From positions 1-35,429 of the forward strand of contig JBBQEB010000017.1 in the NCBI GenBank assembly GCA_038320275.1: a stretch of DNA of 35,429 nucleotides, written 5' to 3'. Below, piece after piece: positions 12,775 to 20,244 of the stretch (its first letter is position 1; the number at the start of each line of letters is the position of its first letter). A program made the position numbers and the translations under genes. The notes under the pieces were generated by a model, which saw nothing but the letters and a program-made list of their open reading frames with translations, did not search any database and had not been told where the DNA came from. Origin of the DNA: Myxococcales bacterium. GTDB taxonomy: Bacteria > Myxococcota > Myxococcia > Myxococcales > Anaeromyxobacteraceae.

Positions 12775-14589
12775 ATGATCTCGAGGCAGGAACTGCAGCA
12801 GGGCCCGGCGCGGCCCCGCAGCGTCGTGGAGATGTTCGAGGCCACCGCCGCGAAGCAGGGCACGCAAACGGCGACCAAGCAGAAGCGTGACGGACGCTGG
12901 GTCGATACGAGCTGGGCGGAGATGGCGCGGCGGACGCGCGATATCTCCGACGGCCTCGCCTCCCTGGGCGTCGCGAAGGGCGACCGGGTCGCCATCATCG
13001 GCGAGACCTGCACCGAGTGGATCCTCGCCGACGTCGGGATCATGGGCGCGGCGGCGGTGGTGGTACCGATCTACCAGTCCAACAGATCCCACGACTGCCA
13101 GTACATCCTGGAGAACTCCGGGACGCGCTTCATCTTCTGCGACACCGAGGCGCAGGTCGCGAAGATCCGCGAGGTCCGCGCAAAGCTCCCCGAGCTGAAG
13201 GGCATCATCCGCTTCACGGGCGCGCCGCGGGACGGCTTCGAGCTCACCCTCGACGGGGTGGAGCGAGCCGGAGCGGGCTGGCGGGCGGCCAACGAGTCGG
13301 CCCACGCAGCGCGCCTCGCCTCGCTCTCGCTCGATGAGCCTGCGTGCTTCATCTACACCTCGGGGACGACCGGCAATCCCAAGGGCGTCGTCCTCACCCA
13401 CGGCAACTGGGTGTACGAGGCGGAAGCCGTCTCCAGCATCCAGCTCATCCGCTCCGATGACCTCGTCCTCTGCTTCCTGCCCATGGCGCACTCCTTCGCC
13501 AAGGTGATCGAGGCGGTCTGGTTCAAATCGGGCGCGACCGCCGCCTTCGTCGAGTCGATGGAGAAGATCATCGACAACGCGGGAGAGGTGCACCCGACGG
13601 TCATGCCGTCGGTGCCCCGCATCTTCGAGAAGGCGTACAACGCCGTCCTCACGAAGGGGCTCGCGACGCCGGGGCTGAAGGGCAAGCTCTTCAAGTGGAG
13701 CATCGACAGCCTGGAGGCGTTCGTCCGCGCCCACGAGGCCGGCAAGGACGGCAACAGCCTCGGGCTCACCGTCGGCAAGCGGCTCGTGTTTCCCAAGCTG
13801 GGGGCCGCGCTGAAGGAGCGCTTCGGCGGCCGGATGCGCGTCTTCATTTCCGGCGGCGCGCCGCTCTCGCCCAAGATCGGGTGGTTCTTCCAGTCCGTCG
13901 GCTTCGAGATCCTGGAGGGCTACGGGCTCACCGAATCCGCCGCGGCCACCTTCGTGAACCGGCCCGGCCGCGCCAAGATCGGCACGGTGGGACCGGCGGT
14001 CCCCGGTACCGAGGCGCGCATCGCCGAGGACGGCGAGATCCTGATCCGAGGCCCGGGCATCATGAAGGGCTACTTCCAAAACCCCGCCGCGACGGAGGAA
14101 ATGCTCAAGGACGGCTGGCTCTACACCGGCGACATCGGCGAGCTCGACCAGGACGGGTTCCTCCGCATCACCGACCGCAAGAAGGACATCATCGTCACCG
14201 CGGGCGGAAAGAACGTCGCCCCGCAGAACCTCGAGAACGAGCTCAAGACGGAGCCGCTCATCTCGCAGGTGATGGTGCACGGCGACAAGCGCAAGTTCCT
14301 CTCTGCCCTGGTGACGCTCAACGAAGAAAACGTCCGCAAGTGGGCGGGGGAGAACGGCGTGGCCTTGTCGGGTCCGCTGCACGAGGACGGCCGCGTCCGG
14401 GCGCGGGTGCAGCAGGCCATCGACGTGCTCAACGCGAAGCAGGCGAACTACTCCAGCATCAAGAAGTTCGCCATCCTCGCGGGCGACTTCACCCAGGAGG
14501 CGGGCGAGCTCACCCCCACGCTCAAGGTGAAGCGGAAGTTCTGCACCCAGAAGTACGCGCAGCTCCTGGATGGCTTCTACCGGGACTGA
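12775..14589 (+). CDS. Long-chain fatty acid-CoA ligase (AMP-binding, FadD/ACSL-like)
   Basis: YTSGTTGNPKG, LPMAH, SGGAPL, GYGLTES, TGDIG, DRKKD..V..GGKN and GELTPTLKVKR. Strong GGAGGA SD. Confidence 0.92.
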   Translation: MISRQELQQGPARPRSVVEMFEATAAKQGTQTATKQKRDGRWVDTSWAEMARRTRDISDGLASLGVAKGDRVAIIGETCTEWILADVGIMGAAAVVVPIYQSNRSHDCQYILENSGTRFIFCDTEAQVAKIREVRAKLPELKGIIRFTGAPRDGFELTLDGVERAGAGWRAANESAHAARLASLSLDEPACFIYTSGTTGNPKGVVLTHGNWVYEAEAVSSIQLIRSDDLVLCFLPMAHSFAKVIEAVWFKSGATAAFVESMEKIIDNAGEVHPTVMPSVPRIFEKAYNAVLTKGLATPGLKGKLFKWSIDSLEAFVRAHEAGKDGNSLGLTVGKRLVFPKLGAALKERFGGRMRVFISGGAPLSPKIGWFFQSVGFEILEGYGLTESAAATFVNRPGRAKIGTVGPAVPGTEARIAEDGEILIRGPGIMKGYFQNPAATEEMLKDGWLYTGDIGELDQDGFLRITDRKKDIIVTAGGKNVAPQNLENELKTEPLISQVMVHGDKRKFLSALVTLNEENVRKWAGENGVALSGPLHEDGRVRARVQQAIDVLNAKQANYSSIKKFAILAGDFTQEAGELTPTLKVKRKFCTQKYAQLLDGFYRD

Positions 14590-14629
14590 CGAAGGTGGCC
14601 GTCTAGGCGGGGCGCTCTGCCGCGATGCG

Positions 14630-14683
14630 TTGACAGAGAAGCGGCCGGCCCCTAGCTTCCGTTGACTCGATAATCAACGGAGG
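14630..14683 (+). promoter_or_regulatory. Sigma70 promoter plus operator-like palindrome upstream of the SCP2 gene
   Basis: TTGACA-N17-TAGCTT followed by the perfect inverted repeat TCCGTTGA-N8-TCAACGGA, which overlaps the GGAGG SD. Confidence 0.65.
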
Positions 14684-14689
14684 CGACGC

Positions 14690-15028
14690 ATGGCGGGCCA
14701 GGTGGAAAGTGTGAAGAGCCTGTTCGAGAAGCACATGCCGGAGCGGCTGCAGACAAAGCCGGACGTGGTCGCCAAGATCGGCGCGGTCTACCAGTTCAAC
14801 ATCTCCGGGCCGGGGGGCGGGCAGTGGTCGGTGGACTGCACCAAGCCCGGGGGCGCCGTGGTCGCCGGCACCTCCGAGACCGCCAAGTGCACCGTGAACT
14901 GCTCCGATGCCGACTTCCTCAACATCGTGAACGGCAAGCTGAACCCGCAGATGGCGTTCATGGCGGGCAAGCTCAAGGTCCAGGGCGACATGGGGCTCGC
15001 CATGAAGCTGCAGCAGATCCTGACTTGA
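14690..15028 (+). CDS. SCP2 sterol/lipid-binding domain protein
   Basis: YQFNISG..GG.W.VD and C-terminal DF..I..GKLNPQMAFM.GKLKV.GDM.LAMKL, the SCP2 signature. Confidence 0.92.
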   Translation: MAGQVESVKSLFEKHMPERLQTKPDVVAKIGAVYQFNISGPGGGQWSVDCTKPGGAVVAGTSETAKCTVNCSDADFLNIVNGKLNPQMAFMAGKLKVQGDMGLAMKLQQILT

Positions 15029-15111
15029 GGTGATCCGTTCGCGAGGCGTCCTGCCAGCGCCGCTGGCCGGGCGCTCTCCCGCCCGGCGCGGGGAGAGCCG
15101 CGCAGGCGACC

Positions 15112-16284
15112 ATGATCCCGTTACAAGGCGTTCGCGTCCTCGACCTCTCCCGGCTCTTGCCGGGGCCCTATGCCACGCTCGTGCTCGCCGACCTGGGCGC
15201 CGAGGTGGTGAAGCTCGAGGATCCGCGCGGCGGCGATCCGCTGCGGGGGGTGCCTCCCATGGTCGGGCGGGCATCCGGTGCCTTTCACGCGCTCAATCGC
15301 AACAAGCGCTCGGTCGCGGTGGATCTCCGGGCGGAGGGAGGCGCGGAGGTGCTCCTTCGGCTCGCGAGCGCCTTCGACGTCCTCGTCGAGTCGTTTCGGC
15401 CCGGTGTGCTGGAGAGGCTCGGAGCCAGTCCCGAGGCGCTCCGGGCGCGGAGCCCGCGGCTCATCGTGTGCTCCATCACCGCCTACGGGCAGACCGGGCC
15501 CATGCGCGGCCTCGCCGGCCACGATCTCAACGCCTGCGCCCTGTCCGGCGCGCTCGCGCTGAACGGCCCGCCCGAGGAGCCGCTGCCCTTCGGCGTGCAG
15601 CCGGCCGACCTCTCCGCGGCCTGGATCGCGGTCGCCGGCATCCTCGCCGCGCTTCACCGCCGCGGGGTCACTGGCGAGGGAGGAATGGTGGACGTGTCCA
15701 TGGCCGAGGGAGCGCTCGGGATGCTCGGCATGGCGCTCGGGATGGCGGCAGCGCGCGAAGCTCCTCTCCGCCGGGAGGAGCTTCTTTCCGGGGGCGCGGC
15801 CTGCTACCGCGCCTACCGCACCCGCGACGGCCGCTTCGTGGCGCTGGGCGCCCTGGAGCCGGTTTTCTTCGAACGGTTCTGCGCCGCGGCGGGGCGCCCG
15901 GAGCTGGCCGCGCACCAGTTCGACGATGGCGGGCGCGGGCCGGTGGAGGAGCTCGCCGCGCTCTTCGCGGCGCGCACGCGGGACGCCTGGGCCGAGCTGG
16001 GGCGCCGCGAGGACGTGTGCCTCACCCCGGTGCTGGAGGGCGACGAGCCGCTCCAGCAGGCGCAGTTCCTGGAGCGCGGCGTCTTCGGGACGGTCGCCAC
16101 GCCATGGGAAGGCGCCGAGCTCCCGGCGCTCCGGACGCCGGTGCGCCTCGACGGAGAGAGCATGCCACTCGCCCCCGCGCCTCCTCTCGGCGAGGGTACG
16201 GACGAGATGCTCGCGTCGGCCGGGTTCACCGCGGGCGAGACGGCCGCGCTGCGCGCCCGCGGGGTGGTCGGGGCGCGCGAATGA
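15112..16284 (+). CDS. Class III CoA transferase / alpha-methylacyl-CoA racemase-like (CaiB/BaiF)
   Basis: LQGVRVLDLSRLLPGP, LNRNKRS, DVLVESFRPGV, GHDLN, ADL, Y.T.DG..VALGALEP.F and APPLGE.T. Confidence 0.88.
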   Translation: MIPLQGVRVLDLSRLLPGPYATLVLADLGAEVVKLEDPRGGDPLRGVPPMVGRASGAFHALNRNKRSVAVDLRAEGGAEVLLRLASAFDVLVESFRPGVLERLGASPEALRARSPRLIVCSITAYGQTGPMRGLAGHDLNACALSGALALNGPPEEPLPFGVQPADLSAAWIAVAGILAALHRRGVTGEGGMVDVSMAEGALGMLGMALGMAAAREAPLRREELLSGGAACYRAYRTRDGRFVALGALEPVFFERFCAAAGRPELAAHQFDDGGRGPVEELAALFAARTRDAWAELGRREDVCLTPVLEGDEPLQQAQFLERGVFGTVATPWEGAELPALRTPVRLDGESMPLAPAPPLGEGTDEMLASAGFTAGETAALRARGVVGARE

Positions 16285-17516
16285 CAACGGTCTGCACCTT
16301 GCTCGCCGCTGCCCTCCTGGCGGCCACGCAGGGGACGGGAAACGACTCCGAGCTGGAGGCGCAGGTCGCGAGGGAGCTGGGAGCGGCTCCCGCCCCGGGG
16401 AGCCAGGCCCCTACCGGCGCGCAGCCGCCGGCCGGCACCCGGTCCCCGGCGCAGGCGGCTCCCCAGGCGGTCGCGGCCCCCGCCCCGGTCACCGGCGGCA
16501 ACCCGTACGCGCGGGTGCTCCTCCTGCCCGACATCTCCGCCATCGGCCGCGCCGCCCTGGCCTGGAACACGCTCGAGGTGGGCGCGCTCTCGCCCAGGAG
16601 CGATCCGTACGCGCCCCGCCACACGCTGCGGCCCATCTTCCAGGAGCTGGAGGTGGGCCTCCAGGCCGTGGTGGACCCCTACGCCCGCGCGGACGTGTTC
16701 CTGACCTTCACGCCCCAGGGTGCCGGGGTGGAGGAGGCCTACCTCACCGCGCTCTCGCTGCCCTTCGGGCTTCAGGCGCGTGCCGGCGAGCTCTACGCGC
16801 CCTTTGGTCGACTGAACCAGCAGCATCCCCACACCTGGGACTTCGTCGACCGGCCGCTCGCGCTCGCGCGCCTCCTCGCCGTGGACGGGCTCAGCGGCGC
16901 CGGCTTCGACGTCGCGTGGCTCGCCCCCACGCCCTGGTTCGCGGAGCTGCACCTCGCCTACCAGGCGGTCACGCCCGGCCTGGAGGCGCGGCAGCACGAC
17001 ACCGGCCTCGCCCGCCTCTCGCAATTCTTCGACGTGGGCACGGCCTCCACGCTGGGGGTCGGGCTCTCCGCGGCGCACGCGGGGGGATCGGGGGGCGAGG
17101 CCGGGCGCGACGTCGTGGGGGCCGACGTCTACTACAAGATCCGCCCGCCCCAGACCCGCTCCTCTCTCGCCCTGCAGGGAGAGGCGCTGCTCCGGCGGGC
17201 GGGTGACCTGCCCGCCGGAATCGCGGCGGCGGGTGCTCCGCCGTTCGACGAGGCCGGGAGCGCCTGGGGCGGCTATCTCCAGGCAGTGCTGCGCGACGGA
17301 GCCTATGCGTCCTACGGGCTCCGGCTGGAGCGCGCGCCGGCCCTGGGCGGCGGCCCCGAGCTGCGCGCCTCGGTGTTCGCCGGCTGGCTCCCCAGCGAGT
17401 TCGAGCGGCTGAGGCTCCAGGCGGCGTACGATGTCCTTCCGGGCGGCCGCACCGGGGTGGAGGCGCTCCTCGCCCTGGAATTCGCCATCGGCGCCCACGG
17501 CGCCCACCCTTTCTGA
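16281..17516 (+). CDS. Outer-membrane beta-barrel protein associated with a metal ABC importer
   Basis: ATGA overlap with the previous gene, signal peptide, QELE...QAVVDPY, EEAY, FGRLN.QHPH.WDF, C-terminal GAHGAHPF ending in Phe. Confidence 0.75.
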   Translation: MTTVCTLLAAALLAATQGTGNDSELEAQVARELGAAPAPGSQAPTGAQPPAGTRSPAQAAPQAVAAPAPVTGGNPYARVLLLPDISAIGRAALAWNTLEVGALSPRSDPYAPRHTLRPIFQELEVGLQAVVDPYARADVFLTFTPQGAGVEEAYLTALSLPFGLQARAGELYAPFGRLNQQHPHTWDFVDRPLALARLLAVDGLSGAGFDVAWLAPTPWFAELHLAYQAVTPGLEARQHDTGLARLSQFFDVGTASTLGVGLSAAHAGGSGGEAGRDVVGADVYYKIRPPQTRSSLALQGEALLRRAGDLPAGIAAAGAPPFDEAGSAWGGYLQAVLRDGAYASYGLRLERAPALGGGPELRASVFAGWLPSEFERLRLQAAYDVLPGGRTGVEALLALEFAIGAHGAHPF

Positions 17517-17528
17517 CCGGGCTCACCC

Positions 17529-18461
17529 ATGAACCGCACGAAGCCTGCCCTTCTCCTCGCGGCGCTCCTCGCCACGGTCGCCCCGCGGGCCGCGGTCGCC
17601 GCGCTGAACGTCGTGACCACCACCGAAGGGCTCGCCTCGCTCGCCCGCGAGGTGGGGGGCGAGCGGGTGCAGGTGACGAGCCTCTCCCGTGGCGTGCAGG
17701 ACCCGCACTTCGTCGACGCGAACCCTTCACTCGCGGTTCGGCTGCGGAACGCCGACCTGCTCATCGACGTGGGCCTCGATCTCGAGGTCGGCTGGCTCCC
17801 GCCGCTCGTCATCCAGTCGCGCAACGCGGAGATCGCCACCGGCGGCCGGCGCCGCTTCACCGCCGCCAGCGCCGTGTCGGTCATGGAGCTGCCCACCGGC
17901 CCGGTCGACCGCTCCGTGGGCGATCTCCACCCGGCGGGAAATCCGCACTTCCTCGACGACCCCCGCCGCGTCGAGCGCGTCGCCGCAGGCATCGCGGCGA
18001 AGCTCGGCGAGCTCGATCCCCCCGGCGCCGCGACCTATGCGGAGCGGCTCGCGAGCTTCCGCAAGCGGCTCGGCGAGGCGCAGGTGCGCTGGGCCCAGGA
18101 GCTCGCGCCGGTGAAGGGCCGCAAGGTGATCGCCCAGCACAACTCGCTCACCTACTTCCTCGACTGGGCGGGGCTCTCGGCCGCCGGCTACCTCGAGCCG
18201 AAGCCCGGCACCGCACCGCCCCCCTCCCACGTGGCGAGCCTCGTCGGGGTGGCGCGCGCGGCGGGCGCCAAGGCGATCCTGGTGGAGAGCTACTACGACC
18301 GCCGCTCGGCGGAGGTGCTGGCGAAGCACACCGGGGGCAAGGTGGTGGCGATCCCCGGCGACGTGGGCGGCTTCCGCGACGAGGGCGGCCACCTCGATCC
18401 CAAGGACTGGTTCGCGTACCAGGATACGCTGGTGCGGCTCGTCAGCGAGGCGGCGCGGTGA
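17529..18461 (+). CDS. Zn/Mn-type ABC transporter substrate-binding protein (TroA/ZnuA cluster)
   Basis: Signal peptide, VVTT..LASL...VGG, DPHF, GLDLE.GWL, H..GNPHF, and EPKPG..P...H. Confidence 0.88.
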   Translation: MNRTKPALLLAALLATVAPRAAVAALNVVTTTEGLASLAREVGGERVQVTSLSRGVQDPHFVDANPSLAVRLRNADLLIDVGLDLEVGWLPPLVIQSRNAEIATGGRRRFTAASAVSVMELPTGPVDRSVGDLHPAGNPHFLDDPRRVERVAAGIAAKLGELDPPGAATYAERLASFRKRLGEAQVRWAQELAPVKGRKVIAQHNSLTYFLDWAGLSAAGYLEPKPGTAPPPSHVASLVGVARAAGAKAILVESYYDRRSAEVLAKHTGGKVVAIPGDVGGFRDEGGHLDPKDWFAYQDTLVRLVSEAAR

Positions 18462-19225
18462 GCCCGGATGCCGCGGGCCTCCTCGTCGCGCTGAGGGACG
18501 CGCGGCTCGGCCACGGGCGCGAGACCCTGCTCTCCGGCGTGAGCCTCGCCGTTCCAGCGGGAGACTTCCTCGCCATCGTGGGCCCCAACGGCGGTGGGAA
18601 GACGACGCTCCTGCGCACGCTGCTGGGCGTCCTGCCGGTGCTCGGCGGCGAGCGCCTCCAGCCCGCCGAGCTGCGCGTGGGGTACGTCCCGCAGCGCGAT
18701 CACGTGGAGGCGCACTGGCCGCTCACCGTCACCGACGTCGCGCTCATGGGGCGCTATCGGCTGGTTCCCCCGGGGCGCAGGCCGAGGCCGGAGGACCGCG
18801 CCGCCGCCGCTGGCGCGCTCGCCCGTGTGGGCATCTCCTCGCTGGCGGATCGCCCGTTCCACACGCTCTCCGGCGGCCAGCGGCAGCGGACCCTCATCGC
18901 CCGCGCGCTCGCCGCCGACCCGGAGCTGCTGGCGCTCGACGAGCCGACGAGCGGCATGGACCCGCCCGCCGAGCTCGACGCCATGGACGTCCTGCGCGAC
19001 CTGCACCGCGGAGGCCGGCTCGCCATCGTGATGGTCTCGCACCGGCTGGAGGCGGTGGCGAACTACGCCGCGCGGCTCGCGTTCGTGGACAAGGATCGCC
19101 AGCTCTTCCGCGTGGGCCCGCTCGCCGAGATGCTCTCGCCCGGCGCGCTCGGGGCGCTCTACGGCCGCAAGATGACGGTGCGCGAGGAGGGCGGCCGCCG
19201 GTTCGTCTACCCGGAGAACCCGTGA
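18458..19225 (+). CDS. Metal ABC transporter ATP-binding protein (ZnuC-like)
   Basis: GPNGGGKTT, VGYVPQ, LSGGQRQR, LDEP and SH. GTGA overlap with the SBP gene. Confidence 0.9.
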   Translation: MSPDAAGLLVALRDARLGHGRETLLSGVSLAVPAGDFLAIVGPNGGGKTTLLRTLLGVLPVLGGERLQPAELRVGYVPQRDHVEAHWPLTVTDVALMGRYRLVPPGRRPRPEDRAAAAGALARVGISSLADRPFHTLSGGQRQRTLIARALAADPELLALDEPTSGMDPPAELDAMDVLRDLHRGGRLAIVMVSHRLEAVANYAARLAFVDKDRQLFRVGPLAEMLSPGALGALYGRKMTVREEGGRRFVYPENP

Positions 19226-19380
19226 AGAAAGCCCCTCCCGTCGCCGTCGCGGGCGGTCCGCTTCGCGTCGCTTCGCCTCTCCTTCCGCACCTGTCCTGCG
19301 GGTATGCTCGGTCGTCGCGCCTCGCCCTGCGTGCGTCTCGCTCGCCTGGCTCGGTCCGAGACTTCCCTTACAGGCCCTGA
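19217..19380. mobile_element. Putative degenerate MITE / miniature repeat element
   Basis: Flanked by the exact 8-bp direct repeat ACCCGGAG (19209-19216 and 19381-19388). Imperfect 21-bp terminal inverted repeats (13 identities, all 8 mismatches transitions). Interrupts an otherwise tightly packed operon. Confidence 0.5.
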
Positions 19381-19398
19381 ACCCGGAGCCCCGCCGCC

Positions 19399-20238
19399 TT
19401 GAACGCAGCCCTGGCCGACTTTTTCGCCTCGCGGGACATCTGGCGCGAGCCGCTCCTCGCGTCCCTGGTGGCGGGCGCGCTGTGCGGCTTCCTCGGCGTG
19501 TACGTCGTGCTCCGCCGAACGGTGTTCGTCTCGGCAGCGCTGACGCAGCTCTCCACGCTGGGGCTCATCGCCGCGCTGCTCCTGGAGGAGTCGCTGGGCG
19601 TGGAGGTGGAGCACGCCGGCGTGCAGCTCGCCTTCGCGCTCCTCTTCTCGGTGGCCGGCGCGCTCGGGCTCGGCATGGCTCTCCGGAGCCGGAGGCTCCC
19701 CGCTGAGGCGGGCGTGGGGGTCACCTACGTCCTCGCCGGCGCGCTGGTGGTGCTGGGCGGCAACCGGCTCGTCCACGCCGCCCACGACCTCAACGCGATG
19801 GTGTTCGGCAACGCGGTGGCGGTGCCGCTGGGCGACCTCCTCGCCCTCACCGGGGTGGCGCTCCTCTGCGCGGGCGTGCACGCGCTGTTCGCCAAGGAGC
19901 TCGTGTTCGTGTCCTTCGACGAGGAGACGGCAGCCGCGCTCGGCTTCGCCACCCGTCGCTGGAACGGGCTCCTCTTCCTCACCCTGGGCCTGGCGGTGCC
20001 GGTGGCGGCCCGGTCGCTGGGGGCGCTGCCGGTGTTCGCGCTCCTCACCCTCCCGGCCGCCGCCGCGCTGCTCCTCGCCCGGCGCCTCCCCGGCGCCTTC
20101 GCCGTCGCGGCTGGGCTGGGATCCCTGGCCGCGGCCGGGGGCTATCTCATCTCCTGGTTTCTCCAGCTCCCCACCGGCGCCACCATGGTCGTCACGGCCG
20201 GCGTCCTCGCCCTCCCGGCGCTCCTGCGCCGCCGCTGA
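19399..20238 (+). CDS. Metal ABC transporter permease (ZnuB-like)
   Basis: CGFLGVYVVLRR..F, multiple TM helices, SFDEETA...G and LTLPAAAA. TTG start. Confidence 0.88.
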   Translation: MNAALADFFASRDIWREPLLASLVAGALCGFLGVYVVLRRTVFVSAALTQLSTLGLIAALLLEESLGVEVEHAGVQLAFALLFSVAGALGLGMALRSRRLPAEAGVGVTYVLAGALVVLGGNRLVHAAHDLNAMVFGNAVAVPLGDLLALTGVALLCAGVHALFAKELVFVSFDEETAAALGFATRRWNGLLFLTLGLAVPVAARSLGALPVFALLTLPAAAALLLARRLPGAFAVAAGLGSLAAAGGYLISWFLQLPTGATMVVTAGVLALPALLRRR

Positions 20239-20244
20239 CGCCCG

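Noticed and set aside
15030..17516. 828-aa ORF as a large TonB-dependent receptor
   Set aside because: The first half is an off-frame read of the CoA transferase. The real gene starts at ATG 16281 with a signal peptide.
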